Part shown: in pieces, positions 46,264-55,909 of the stretch | Layout of the letters: each line of letters starts with the position of its first letter | How positions within the stretch are numbered: position 1 is the first letter of the stretch | Notes under the pieces: generated by a model | Told to the model about the DNA's origin: nothing | Databases searched by the model: none | What the model saw: the letters and a program-made list of their open reading frames with translations, nothing else | Made by a program: the position numbers and the translations under genes | From: an uncultured virus (IMG/VR IMGVR_UViG_3300029305_009146) | Lineage: Duplodnaviria; Heunggongvirae; Uroviricota; Caudoviricetes | DNA length: 64,000 bases | IMG/VR virus record: IMGVR_UViG_3300029305_009146 | Direction: 5' to 3' (one strand)

Positions 46264-46531
46264 AGTCTCCCTCCTTAGGTAGTAATCGCGCCCCTAATAT
46301 TCTTTGCATCTTTCTCTCCCGCTCCTTTATGTATACGGGGTTTGTCCAAACCTCTTCAAAATCCTTATCTTCCACACAGTATCCGCCGGCTTTCACGCAG
46401 GCATCTTTTGCTTTCTCCAGGTCATCGAACCAAATGGCAAATTTTTTATCATCCTGCAGCGTATTCGGCTTGCAGTAATCTGCCTCGCAGGTGAAATCTC
46501 GTGCGTCACGTAAGATAACAGTGTATTCCAT
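46253..46531 (-). CDS. Hypothetical protein
   Basis: TAATG coupling; ends GDYER. Confidence 0.8.
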   Translation of the reverse strand: MEYTVILRDARDFTCEADYCKPNTLQDDKKFAIWFDDLEKAKDACVKAGGYCVEDKDFEEVWTNPVYIKERERKMQRILGARLLPKEGDYER

Positions 46532-47004
46532 TAGCGCTCGCCCCTTTCTTCTTCTGCATCCGGTTCCTCATACACTTTAATGTGAAGAAAATTAGTCTCC
46601 CAATACTCCACGAGACATTCAATGATGTGTTCCGGAAGCTCCACATCTTCAAGTCCATTTACCCAGTCGTATGTTGCGCTCCACCGGTCACTATGGAGCC
46701 ATTCCTTCCCTATCCAATCCGAAAACTGCCCAGAAACATACAGGCACCATGCGTGGAACATGCCTGTCTTTTCAAGAAACTCCTTCGCATTCTCAATCAT
46801 TTCTCCGTCTGCAACAGGAAAGGAAATCTCCTTAATATTGGGGTAATCGCTGTTCCATCCATCCCACTTCGAGAACACAATATCTCCGTTCTGGTCCTGT
46901 ACCTCACATCCGCTCTTTAGTGCCTGCTTTACTGCATCCTTTAAGTTGTCAAACCCTTGCGCAACGAGCCTTCCGTTCCAGTCAAAACATGCGTATTTGG
47001 CCAT
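46531..47004 (-). CDS. Hypothetical protein
   Basis: Start moved to MAKYAC; ends ERGER. Confidence 0.8.
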   Translation of the reverse strand: MAKYACFDWNGRLVAQGFDNLKDAVKQALKSGCEVQDQNGDIVFSKWDGWNSDYPNIKEISFPVADGEMIENAKEFLEKTGMFHAWCLYVSGQFSDWIGKEWLHSDRWSATYDWVNGLEDVELPEHIIECLVEYWETNFLHIKVYEEPDAEEERGER

Positions 47005-47014
47005 AATGTCCTCC

Positions 47015-47431
47015 TTAGTCTCTTTCGTGTTCTTTTTCCACATCAAATCCCAGTTCCTTTGCCCGGGTAATGTAAGCTCTTCTTGCGTTATACTGAGTAT
47101 TCGCCTCCGGTAATAATTCGTTCTCAAGAGCAAACCGGACAAGGTCTTCTACGGTTTCGATTTGCTCGCAGAACTCACGAAAAGCTGCCTCATCCTTGAT
47201 TTTTTGCCCTTCATACGCCTCTTCTGCAGTCGGATAAAGGTTATCCCATGCCGCACCGGCTAAGCCAAAGTTGCGGTCAATATATTTTCCGTCTTTATCG
47301 ACAAAGGAAAGGTTTTTAAAACGCACGCCTTCTGCAAAAATTTCAGTCACTTGGGATTTTGCAATTCGTCCGGACCACGGTTCAATACTATAAACAATGT
47401 CGCCAATCTTCACGTCATCTTTCGTCATCAT
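47015..47431 (-). CDS. Hypothetical protein
   Basis: KIGDIVY; ends HERD. Confidence 0.8.
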   Translation of the reverse strand: MMTKDDVKIGDIVYSIEPWSGRIAKSQVTEIFAEGVRFKNLSFVDKDGKYIDRNFGLAGAAWDNLYPTAEEAYEGQKIKDEAAFREFCEQIETVEDLVRFALENELLPEANTQYNARRAYITRAKELGFDVEKEHERD

Positions 47432-47675
47432 GGCTTAATTCTTCCTCCTTTTTATACGCAATTTCCTCCAGCCGGTTTACAGTTGCTTTAATGCGTTTTA
47501 ATACCCCATCCAGTTCCGGGCAGGTTGTTGCGTTAAATTCCACAGGAGGAACAGTGGAATAATAAGTCCCTTCGTTTATTTCCTTTATACGGTCTTCGCA
47601 TTGGAGCAACCAGGCTTGTGCCTGTATTAATTGTTCTATTGTTAATTGCGTACCGTTGCTTGAACTAAGTACCAT
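47415..47675 (-). CDS. Hypothetical protein
   Basis: Start moved to MVLSSS; ends DDER. Confidence 0.75.
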   Translation of the reverse strand: MVLSSSNGTQLTIEQLIQAQAWLLQCEDRIKEINEGTYYSTVPPVEFNATTCPELDGVLKRIKATVNRLEEIAYKKEEELSHDDER

Positions 47676-47688
47676 ATGCCTTCCTCCT

Positions 47689-48810
47689 TTATCTTTCTTC
47701 TTCCAATCCCGATTCTTCTTCTGCTTCTTTCGTCTTAAATGTGCCGGCCTTAGCCTCATCCCTTAAAAATTTTTGTGTACTTAGATTGGTTAGAGATACA
47801 CCTTTTTGTATATCTTCTAGTCTGGAATATTTTCCAATGTCAACGCCTTCATCAAAGAAGGTTTTGATGTATTCTAAGTCAGAGCTATCATTTATCGTGA
47901 TAAATGCGCAGCTCTCTTTTGCCGGACCTAAAACATCTTGCGCTAGTTGCGCAGACTTGCTTGGAATAGAATATTTATGCCGCGTAGTAAGCATTACAGA
48001 TTTTACCCCGTTTACCTGCTCAATTTTTCCACGCCACGCACCATTGCATACATAAAACACTGTTCCTTCTTTTAAATCACCGAGGCCTACCAGACAACCA
48101 CCGTATTTGTGGTCCGGAAAACCATAATAATTGTGCATTTCCTCACAGTATTGTTTCGTCATTTTCGATTCCTCCTGTCTTTCTCCCCTAGCAGATTCCA
48201 TGAGTTTTTCCAGCCCAATATCTGCTTCTCTTGTATCCTTCCAGATGTAAAGCTTCTCCCGGAGTTTATCTTTTACAACCTCATTGACACGTTCTACGAA
48301 CTCCACCTTGTCGTCCGGAATGTCACAAAGGTCTATACCAAATGATTCGCATGCCTTTGATACAAAAACCTCGCTTGCCCAGCAGGTCCAATCATTAACC
48401 ACTTCTTCGAAATTATCCTGCGAAAAAGCAAGCAGTTCCTCCATAGAGTTAAATCCAATATCTGTAGGGAAATCGTGCTGCCACCAGTTCTGAAAATAGT
48501 CGGAATGGAATGCGAGAGCCTCTCGAATAGCCGCGAGAATAGCATTATGCTCTTCTTTATGGCACGCCGCATCTATTTTCAATTTTATAAGCTCATCCAC
48601 ACAGAACTTTTCCATGAAGACTTCCAGTTCTTCCTCCGGCATCTGGGCGATTGCTTCGTCCATAAGGTCGTCGATATCGTCCTTGTCCCAGTCCGGGTCA
48701 AGCTCTTCTCCGATGAATTCTTCGATGTAATCCCGGCCCCAGTCAAAGAGCTGAGATTTTAAAATTTCAATACGCCAATCTTCATAAAGTTCTTTCTGCA
48801 TATCACTCAT
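47689..48810 (-). CDS. Multidomain acidic protein
   Basis: N-terminus matches 33822-34118; ends LEEER. Confidence 0.85.
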   Translation of the reverse strand: MSDMQKELYEDWRIEILKSQLFDWGRDYIEEFIGEELDPDWDKDDIDDLMDEAIAQMPEEELEVFMEKFCVDELIKLKIDAACHKEEHNAILAAIREALAFHSDYFQNWWQHDFPTDIGFNSMEELLAFSQDNFEEVVNDWTCWASEVFVSKACESFGIDLCDIPDDKVEFVERVNEVVKDKLREKLYIWKDTREADIGLEKLMESARGERQEESKMTKQYCEEMHNYYGFPDHKYGGCLVGLGDLKEGTVFYVCNGAWRGKIEQVNGVKSVMLTTRHKYSIPSKSAQLAQDVLGPAKESCAFITINDSSDLEYIKTFFDEGVDIGKYSRLEDIQKGVSLTNLSTQKFLRDEAKAGTFKTKEAEEESGLEEER

Positions 48811-48821
48811 AAGATTCCTCC

Positions 48822-49331
48822 TTATCTTTCCGGCTCAACCGCGTTATGCTTATGAGGCTCATCGTACAGCACATAACACATGGACTCGAAATATCTGCCG
48901 ACCTCATCAAACTTTTCTTTGCTGATATCCCATGGCATAATAATCATAACAACAGAGTCTGCAGAACCATCACTCCATTTATCAGTGTCTTCTCCGAAGA
49001 TAACATCATACCCCGGATACTCATTTGAACATGCAACGGCCTTTTCACTTGCTGTTTTAACAAGTCCTTCATATGTGATACCTAAATCATCTGCATAGCC
49101 CTCGCTATATCCTGCCTCAAAGGCGATTCCATATTTGCCGTTAAACTCTACAAGATAGCATCTAAGCCCATAAACACCGTCACACCACAGCTCGTTGTAT
49201 GCACGTCGCAGTTCCTTCGGTAAGTCCTCAACCTTATCGATGTCGTACTCTCCGTTATGATGCAGGTCCCCACAAGAATTACTCCAGTAAACAAAATTTC
49301 CGCCCAACTTGTCTTTGTATTCGTATAACAT
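48822..49331 (-). CDS. Hypothetical protein (paralog of 31575-32261)
   Basis: YWSNSCGDLHHNGEYDI; ends VEPER. Confidence 0.85.
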   Translation of the reverse strand: MLYEYKDKLGGNFVYWSNSCGDLHHNGEYDIDKVEDLPKELRRAYNELWCDGVYGLRCYLVEFNGKYGIAFEAGYSEGYADDLGITYEGLVKTASEKAVACSNEYPGYDVIFGEDTDKWSDGSADSVVMIIMPWDISKEKFDEVGRYFESMCYVLYDEPHKHNAVEPER

Positions 49332-49365
49332 AATCTTCCTCCTTTTTTATGCTTTTTCTCTATGT

Positions 49366-49378
49366 TGTTAAGGGAAAA
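49366..49378 (-). promoter_or_regulatory. TTCC(C)TTAAC element motif
   Basis: Upstream of 49331. Confidence 0.7.
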
Positions 49379-49392
49379 TTTTGTAATTAAAT

Positions 49393-49419
49393 AAAAAAGA
49401 GGCTTGTTACGCCTCTTTT
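49393..49419 (-). terminator. AGAGG-stem family terminator
   Basis: AAAAGAGGC-ttgttac-GCCTCTTTT. Confidence 0.8.
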
Positions 49420-49426
49420 GGTTTTT

Positions 49427-49783
49427 CTATTCGCGCTCGGGACTCTGTTCCCTGGATGGCCAGTCCTTCCAGTTCTTGTCATTCACGAAAACAGGGTTAC
49501 TGTTCCAGAACTCAAGCATCTGTACATAAATTTCCTCGGGAACCTCCCGCAGACTGTTTGCATAATCGATGTCATAATCGATATCATTACCGGATTCGTC
49601 AACACCTATTGTATCCATAGGCTTGCTGTAGCACCAACGAGCATCTTCGATAAGGGTTTCCGGTTCTCCGTCCTTGTTGACGGAAATGTTGGCATAATAC
49701 TTATCATCTCCATCCACAACCTCACATTCCAGTGAAAGCCATGGATAAATTGCGCCTATTGTTCGATATCTTATAATTTCCAC
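49427..49783 (-). CDS. Acidic hypothetical protein
   Basis: GTG start; ends SPERE. Confidence 0.8.
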   Translation of the reverse strand: MEIIRYRTIGAIYPWLSLECEVVDGDDKYYANISVNKDGEPETLIEDARWCYSKPMDTIGVDESGNDIDYDIDYANSLREVPEEIYVQMLEFWNSNPVFVNDKNWKDWPSREQSPERE

Positions 49784-49803
49784 AATACCTTCCTCCTTTT
49801 GTT

Positions 49804-50268
49804 TTAATCTCTCTCCATATCATCGTACGGCGGATTGAACGTCCCAAGTTTTACAATCTCGTCGGTATCAATCGAATCAATTTGATTATACAGCTCTTGC
49901 AATTCATTTGCAAGATTATCCATTCCGATTGCTCGGAGGCCTTTTTCCATGTAATAAATCTCGTCCGTAACATCTACTCTCCTAACCACCTTGTGATGTT
50001 TAGTTCTCATGGCATTTACCATTGTATCCAACTCTTGTGCTGTCATCGAAGCCCTTTGAGGCTCTCGGACATATTTGGGTTTCATAACACCTTTTTGCCA
50101 GTGTATGCGAACTCTTCCGACAACATCTTCCGGGCTGTACATATAGTTGTCGGGGTAATCTCTTGAAAATGCAAAACTGTTTTCTCCGTCTCGGTATACG
50201 ACTTGGTTGTATCCTGTTTTTCTTGCAGCCTGAATTGCATTGCTGACTATTTCTTCGTAATATGTCAT
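49804..50268 (-). CDS. Hypothetical protein
   Basis: SD; ends DMERD. Confidence 0.8.
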   Translation of the reverse strand: MTYYEEIVSNAIQAARKTGYNQVVYRDGENSFAFSRDYPDNYMYSPEDVVGRVRIHWQKGVMKPKYVREPQRASMTAQELDTMVNAMRTKHHKVVRRVDVTDEIYYMEKGLRAIGMDNLANELQELYNQIDSIDTDEIVKLGTFNPPYDDMERD

Positions 50269-50287
50269 TGCACTCTCCTCCTCTTCT

Positions 50288-50578
50288 TTATCGTCTCAGA
50301 AATCCATATTCGTCATACAAATCACCGTACTTATTGCCCGTGCGCTCGCTAAGACCGGCCATCATGGCGGTCATGCTCAATAACCTGCCAACCGCAGCCT
50401 TTGCTGCTCTCTCACGCTTCTCTTTTGCTCTTTTTCGGTTCTCCTCTACGGCGGCCTTTTCTTCTTCTGATAAGGAGGTCCACCATTCATCGTAAAGTTT
50501 ACGTTTGTACCACCGGATAGCATTACCACCATTGATGCAATACCATCGTCTTCTCTTTAATTCTGCATACCAAGCCAT
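50288..50578 (-). CDS. Basic hypothetical protein
   Basis: Start moved to MAWYAE. Confidence 0.75.
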   Translation of the reverse strand: MAWYAELKRRRWYCINGGNAIRWYKRKLYDEWWTSLSEEEKAAVEENRKRAKEKRERAAKAAVGRLLSMTAMMAGLSERTGNKYGDLYDEYGFLRR

Positions 50579-50591
50579 GTATAAACCTCCT

Positions 50592-51308
50592 TTATCGTTC
50601 ATTGTCTTCCCGCCGTGCTTGTTCGACTTCTATTTGCACACAGATATAGTTAAGTGCCTCGGCTTCGGCCTTTTCTTCTGTATCAAACGGTCCAAAACAA
50701 GTCAGTTCCATTTCCTGCGTCTGTTCAAAAATGCACTCTGCGAGAATTCCATTAATCTCTTCCTTCGGGTAAGATTCTTCAAAATCTTCCATTGACGGAT
50801 AATACCCGGTTATAACTGAGGACTTTTCTGCGTCGCTGTAATCATCAAGGTCAATGATTCCGCTTACATATATATAGCCATCCGGAAACTCTCTCACTTC
50901 AACCAGATGAAAAGTGGTTTCAGTTATCTGCTTTCTCCACTGAGTATCATCAGTGCGTACCCATTTGTTGTTTTGAGAGTTCATAACATTGCCCTCCTCT
51001 TTAAGCCGTCTTCCCATCTTATCCATATCAAGCTGCTCCTGCTTCAAAACGCCGAGCTCTTCTGCGTATTTGTCGATAACAGCATAAATAACGTCATTGC
51101 CAAGAAACCGCAAATCATCGCAGATTCCCTTTCCGTAACGAGTATGTCCGCCTCCGTCGCTCTGCATATCGTAAATTTCAGATGTGACATACTCACGGCA
51201 TTCTTCCCTTGTCATTTTCGGATATTCGTCCGGATAATCATACATGCCGTTGAGATACATATTTAAGACTTCCTCAACATTATACTGTAATTGCTTTTCT
51301 TTTTTCAT
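50592..51308 (-). CDS. Hypothetical protein (two-part)
   Basis: SD; ends EDNER. Confidence 0.8.
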   Translation of the reverse strand: MKKEKQLQYNVEEVLNMYLNGMYDYPDEYPKMTREECREYVTSEIYDMQSDGGGHTRYGKGICDDLRFLGNDVIYAVIDKYAEELGVLKQEQLDMDKMGRRLKEEGNVMNSQNNKWVRTDDTQWRKQITETTFHLVEVREFPDGYIYVSGIIDLDDYSDAEKSSVITGYYPSMEDFEESYPKEEINGILAECIFEQTQEMELTCFGPFDTEEKAEAEALNYICVQIEVEQARREDNER

Positions 51309-51349
51309 GGACTCTCCTCCTTATACAGATAATAATTGCGTTCTTATAT

Positions 51350-51362
51350 TGTTAAGGGAAAA
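51350..51362 (-). promoter_or_regulatory. TTCC(C)TTAAC element motif
   Basis: Upstream of 51308. Confidence 0.7.
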
Positions 51363-51380
51363 ATATTAAATCAAATAAAA

Positions 51381-51405
51381 GAAACCCCTGAAAATCAGGG
51401 GTTTC
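51381..51405 (-). terminator. Intrinsic terminator
   Basis: GAAACCCCTGA-aaa-TCAGGGGTTTC. Confidence 0.85.
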
Positions 51406-51409
51406 TAAA

Positions 51410-52006
51410 TCATCTTTCTATATCTTCATCGCCCAACAGAGTCTTTTGGAAGTCCGGCTCGTGCTGAACCTCCATAGGAACTACTCTGTAATACAAATGT
51501 CCGTCGCACTCTTCATCATAATCATCAAGGCTCTGGCGTTCTACCTCCAGTCGTTCCAGTTTCACCGCGATATCCTGTGCAGCATCCTCATTGTCATAAA
51601 CACCAACAATCTCTGTAGCATCCTTGGCAGGAGAATAATATCGTCCTTCCGAATAGTTGCTTTGGTCTGTGTCTTGAAGAACCAACCACACAGTTTTAGA
51701 CTCCGGGGCTTTTTCTTCAATCATTTTCTCCGTCTTATCAAGGAATTCGCTTTGCGTGATATCGCGATTCAGAATCTCCGAAGTAACAGCTTTCTTTTCT
51801 AGTGTCTCCATAATCTGCAGTATTTCATCCTGATACTCCTTCAATACTTTTGAAGTATAATATGGAGCGCCCAAATTGCTATTGATGCGGTCAAAGATTT
51901 CGGTTATTCTTTCTTTCGGAGAAATACCTGCATTTAGAGAAGCGCCTACATTTCCTGTAAAATCGCTATCTACACCAGCGGTATAATTTATTTTGATATC
52001 AGCCAT
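51410..52006 (-). CDS. Hypothetical protein
   Basis: Ends DEDIER before terminator. Confidence 0.8.
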   Translation of the reverse strand: MADIKINYTAGVDSDFTGNVGASLNAGISPKERITEIFDRINSNLGAPYYTSKVLKEYQDEILQIMETLEKKAVTSEILNRDITQSEFLDKTEKMIEEKAPESKTVWLVLQDTDQSNYSEGRYYSPAKDATEIVGVYDNEDAAQDIAVKLERLEVERQSLDDYDEECDGHLYYRVVPMEVQHEPDFQKTLLGDEDIER

Positions 52007-52008
52007 AG

Positions 52009-52395
52009 CTACCTCTCCTCTCTTTCTTCCTGTCTCTCTAAGAAAATCTCCTTTGCTTCTTCAAATGCTTTTCTCACACAATACCGGATGTCTTCTTTTT
52101 GTTCTCTAATGTTACCGAACCATCGCTTCCAGCCGCAATAGTCATGAAGTTCTCCATCTTTTACATCCCCGTAACCGGTGCATCTCGAAAAAGATGTTTT
52201 CCCGTAAAGGCGGGCCGTATTTCTGTTAATCGCATCCTCCAGAATGTTCTGGAACTCGTATGCCTCGTTTTCGGAAAGCCCCTTAATGCCAATATCAAGC
52301 CAAAGATAATTCCGGTCAAGTTCGCTTGGAACCTCTTTCCCCGTTACCGGGTCTATTTCTTTCATAGCAGCTTGCCAGTTGAGTGAAATCTTCAT
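52009..52395 (-). CDS. Hypothetical protein
   Basis: Start moved to MKISLN; ends EREER. Confidence 0.8.
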   Translation of the reverse strand: MKISLNWQAAMKEIDPVTGKEVPSELDRNYLWLDIGIKGLSENEAYEFQNILEDAINRNTARLYGKTSFSRCTGYGDVKDGELHDYCGWKRWFGNIREQKEDIRYCVRKAFEEAKEIFLERQEEREER

Positions 52396-52403
52396 AAAAA
52401 TAC

Positions 52404-52703
52404 CTACCTTTCCCATGGTTCGCGACATACCATTCTCTGCCCGAACAGGCTATAGCTATGCTGTGCCATCCACGCTTTTGCATCCTCTTCTGTGGTAAAT
52501 ACCGCCACGCTGTCTTCTTCTACATTTGTGTCGTAAAAGCCCCAGACCTGGTCGATATCATAAGTTTTGTCCTGATACAGATAATGGTCATCAAACACAT
52601 CTGTAACAACTCCTTTGCTGTAACCACACCCGTCTATGGGGTCACTGTAACAGGCAAATACTGACAATCCAGTCTTTATATTCTCTTTTGTCACAAGTGC
52701 CAT
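52404..52703 (-). CDS. Hypothetical protein
   Basis: Start moved to MALVTK; ends PWER. Confidence 0.75.
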   Translation of the reverse strand: MALVTKENIKTGLSVFACYSDPIDGCGYSKGVVTDVFDDHYLYQDKTYDIDQVWGFYDTNVEEDSVAVFTTEEDAKAWMAQHSYSLFGQRMVCREPWER

Positions 52704-52724
52704 AATAAATTCCTCCTTTTCTGT

Positions 52725-52736
52725 TGTTAAGGAAAA
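52725..52736 (-). promoter_or_regulatory. TTCC(C)TTAAC element motif
   Basis: Upstream of 52703. Confidence 0.7.
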
Positions 52737-52751
52737 AATATTGGAATAAAG

Positions 52752-52778
52752 AAAAAAAGAGGCGACTGCACCTCTTTT
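52752..52778 (-). terminator. AGAGG-stem family terminator
   Basis: AAAAGAGG-cgactgca-CCTCTTTT. Confidence 0.75.
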
Positions 52779-52785
52779 GAGTTCT

Positions 52786-53112
52786 TTATTCTTTTCCCAA
52801 GCCAAGCTCTGGTTGGTTTTCTATCACGTACTTTTCCGATATTTGAGGATATTTTTTCTCCAGCCAGCCATCCGAGGTATCAAATGCGTTTATGTTCGGA
52901 TGTTCGTCAACATATTCGAACACATAGCCCTTAGCTTCAAGAACATTTTTCCAAATTGGGACCTCTTCCTCATCACCGCCATTGAGATAAACGTCGTTGG
53001 ATATTTTTTCGAGCGCCTCTAATTCCTCTGTGGGAGCATTGGTTTTAAAAACAATCATTATGCCGCCCATATCCGTTCCGTCGGTAAGTGTAATCAGTCT
53101 AAGCTTATCCAT
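52786..53112 (-). CDS. Acidic hypothetical protein
   Basis: Start moved to MDKLRL. Confidence 0.75.
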   Translation of the reverse strand: MDKLRLITLTDGTDMGGIMIVFKTNAPTEELEALEKISNDVYLNGGDEEEVPIWKNVLEAKGYVFEYVDEHPNINAFDTSDGWLEKKYPQISEKYVIENQPELGLGKE

Positions 53113-53128
53113 AAAAACCTCCTTAAAT

Positions 53129-53407
53129 CTATCTTTCATCCCGGTCTGCTTCTAAAACATGCTCTTTCATATAATTTTCCGCACATTGGATAAACTTTTC
53201 AAATGTTCCCTGAAAAATTTTAAAAGAGCGAGAATCCATATATTCCATATACTGTGTCCAGCCGTGCACATTGTATCGCGACCTGTTATAATAGAAATAA
53301 CGGTCGCCCTCCGGGGAATACAAGGCTCCGGAGCCATCACGACTTTGATGCCATATCCATCCTTCCGGAAGTGTTTCTGCCTGAACCTGTTTTTCTTCGT
53401 ATTGCAT
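53129..53407 (-). CDS. Hypothetical protein (paralog of 57110-57436)
   Basis: W.W....DGSG.L.SPEG..YF.Y; ends RDER. Confidence 0.8.
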   Translation of the reverse strand: MQYEEKQVQAETLPEGWIWHQSRDGSGALYSPEGDRYFYYNRSRYNVHGWTQYMEYMDSRSFKIFQGTFEKFIQCAENYMKEHVLEADRDER

Positions 53408-53409
53408 CG

Positions 53410-53943
53410 TTATACCTCTCTTTCTTCGTCCCTTTCCATGAGAAGGAGCTCTCTCATACATCGGTTAAAATCATCTTGCTTTATACCGTAGAGCTTACGA
53501 GGCTCAAAATCCTTATCATCAAGAAGTTCCGTGGAGGTACCGTCCTCGTTAAGCAGAAATACCGGATATGGGAAGTTTCGGAACAACGCAAGAGCATTGT
53601 CAGCAAATGTGATATACATTCCGGATGTATTATAATCACGTTCTGCAAACGCATCCTGCTCAACACCCAGTATAAACTCCGGGAACGTTACCGCTTCGGC
53701 AAGATGGGATTCATAGTAGCTCAGCGACTGCAAAACAACTACCTTCTTGTTATTTCTTTCCCGAAACTCATAGCAGGTGTTCTCTTTAAATATGCTGTAA
53801 GACGCACCTAAAGCCGTCGGATTATCGTCGGTTATAGCATACCCATGCTCTTTTGCAAACAGAAGAAGCACTGCGGCCTCCAATCTGTTACGGCAATGGA
53901 CAACAGGGAACGTTTTAAAATCCGGGATAAACAGCTTTTCCAT
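53410..53943 (-). CDS. Hypothetical protein (paralog of 53946-54518)
   Basis: VVHC....EA..LL.FA.E.GY; ends DEEREV. Confidence 0.8.
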   Translation of the reverse strand: MEKLFIPDFKTFPVVHCRNRLEAAVLLLFAKEHGYAITDDNPTALGASYSIFKENTCYEFRERNNKKVVVLQSLSYYESHLAEAVTFPEFILGVEQDAFAERDYNTSGMYITFADNALALFRNFPYPVFLLNEDGTSTELLDDKDFEPRKLYGIKQDDFNRCMRELLLMERDEEREV

Positions 53944-53945
53944 CG

Positions 53946-54518
53946 TTATACCTCTCTTTCCTCATCGAGACTTTCAAATATTTGCTTTTGCAGAGAAGCA
54001 AAAAATTCATTATAGCTCAGCACGGGGGTTTCTTTACTTTTAAATGCCGCAAGCGGGCCAAAGGAAATAAACTTCCCTTCTTTTCCGTAAACATCAAGCT
54101 CATCACCAAATTTATAACAGGTCTGGTCTTCGTGGAAACCAAACTTAATACTCTGTAGCGGTTGTCCATGGTCAAGCCACAAATACCCCAGCTCTTCAGC
54201 AAAAGAAAGAAGTTCACGCGCTTCCTTCTCTGTCTTACAGTGTACTACGGTTCCGGGTGTGATTTCTCCAAAAAGAGCACTCTTTATTAGAGGGCTTGTC
54301 TTGGAGTTATTGGGAAAATACCGTTTAAGCTCCATAAGTTTCAATAGATTGTCGAGGTTGTCGGAGCCATTGGCTCGTATATCTTGAAAAACAGTATGAA
54401 GAAAACTGCTGTTCCCGTTTTTCCCAAGAGCTTTTCTAATTTCATTTTCGAGTAACTTTGTTCTAAAACTTAAAGCGGCAAGCTGGTAAAACTTACCCTC
54501 GGCTTCATCTCGTGTCAT
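53946..54518 (-). CDS. Hypothetical protein
   Basis: VVHCKTEKEARELL; ends DEEREV. Confidence 0.8.
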   Translation of the reverse strand: MTRDEAEGKFYQLAALSFRTKLLENEIRKALGKNGNSSFLHTVFQDIRANGSDNLDNLLKLMELKRYFPNNSKTSPLIKSALFGEITPGTVVHCKTEKEARELLSFAEELGYLWLDHGQPLQSIKFGFHEDQTCYKFGDELDVYGKEGKFISFGPLAAFKSKETPVLSYNEFFASLQKQIFESLDEEREV

Positions 54519-54529
54519 AAAACACCTCC

Positions 54530-55096
54530 TTATCGTTCAATATCTTCATGTTCTTTTTCAAACACAACCGAGATAGCATATCCATCATGGCAATACCCGG
54601 TAACGCTTGACAGATAATCGGCAATCTCATCCATATCAGTCATTCCCTTGGGGATTTCTATTTCTTTTGGCAGTTCGCCGTTATCCTCATAATCAACATC
54701 CCATTTGATGTTTGTTGCATAACGGGTAGCACCCTCCAGCAGCCCCCTCTCGTAGTCGCTGCAATATACCCAGTTTTCCGTATAATGGTCTTCGCAGTAA
54801 TTGAGATTGCTGTAAAGGTCTTCGAGCTCATCTTCATCCAGGTTTTCATCCTCCGGGTCGTCGTAGATATCCCCACCTGGGCCAAGGTAACCGCCCCAGT
54901 AGCAGTCATCACCATTCTGTCGCTTTACGATAATATCCTTTACTTCTTCCTCATCAAGGATATACTCACATAAAGCTCCGGCCTCGTTATAGCCGAACAC
55001 ATACGCTCCGGTCTCCGGGTTGTATAAATCATGGTTCTGTGCACAATCAAGCATTTCTTCCGCAGAAGAAAAAGCAACATAATTAAGATTTTTCAT
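54530..55096 (-). CDS. Very acidic two-domain protein
   Basis: NIKWDVD..LP.EI.IP..IADYLS..TGYCH; ends EDIER. Confidence 0.8.
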   Translation of the reverse strand: MKNLNYVAFSSAEEMLDCAQNHDLYNPETGAYVFGYNEAGALCEYILDEEEVKDIIVKRQNGDDCYWGGYLGPGGDIYDDPEDENLDEDELEDLYSNLNYCEDHYTENWVYCSDYERGLLEGATRYATNIKWDVDYEDNGELPKEIEIPKGMTDMDEIADYLSSVTGYCHDGYAISVVFEKEHEDIER

Positions 55097-55114
55097 AAAA
55101 GTCTCCTTTTCTTG

Positions 55115-55909
55115 TTATTCGTAGTCTAATTCATAATCTTCGTTATAGGGAACGAGAGGGTATTCAGGATTCTCGTCGTTAAAGAGCATATTGTCTATGG
55201 CACCCGGAATCTTGTAATAATTCGTTACAAAATCCTCAATCTCATTGATGGTACTCTCCGGATAATCCTCAAATTCCTCCGGGACAAAGCTCAATAATTC
55301 CCCAAACTCCTTATACCACTCGCCATTGCGTTGATACTCATACTTATAAGTAAAATGAACGCGGGCTTCGCTTAAAAGTACAATGTTTTCTTTTCTGTCG
55401 TTATTTTCCGCCTCACTGAAAGAATGGCATATAAGATGAGTAACGCCTAATCTTTCCAACACGCACATAAGCGGAGGTGTTTCTTCTTTAATAACAGCCG
55501 GCACATCCTGCAGTGTAATCTCGCGGATGTCCGCAACCCTTTTAGCAACATAGTCAATGTGGTAGTCTATGTAGCTGCCATATGCATACAGTGCATTGTT
55601 ATCCAGCCGTTCTACCTCATCGACGCCATCGGTCCCGTAATCAAACCGGTCTCCGGCGTTCTCCATATCCTTTGCGGACAGTCCGGCAAGCAGCTGTTTT
55701 GCTTCGTCTTCTGTCCCGGTAAAGTTTAATAGTTCTGCCTCATCACCGCCGGTATTAGAAATGCTGATAATCCACTTTTCCTTTTTCGTATTCGGCATTG
55801 TTGGCTCTCCTTTATCATTTATCACTTCACAAAATACTTTTTTTGTAGTATTTCTTTCTTTTTCCAATTGAGCAAACATCTCGTTTACCTGTTTGTTAAA
55901 CTCGGTCAT
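55115..55909 (-). CDS. Acidic hypothetical protein
   Basis: Start moved to MTEFNK with GGAGG SD. Confidence 0.8.
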   Translation of the reverse strand: MTEFNKQVNEMFAQLEKERNTTKKVFCEVINDKGEPTMPNTKKEKWIISISNTGGDEAELLNFTGTEDEAKQLLAGLSAKDMENAGDRFDYGTDGVDEVERLDNNALYAYGSYIDYHIDYVAKRVADIREITLQDVPAVIKEETPPLMCVLERLGVTHLICHSFSEAENNDRKENIVLLSEARVHFTYKYEYQRNGEWYKEFGELLSFVPEEFEDYPESTINEIEDFVTNYYKIPGAIDNMLFNDENPEYPLVPYNEDYELDYE

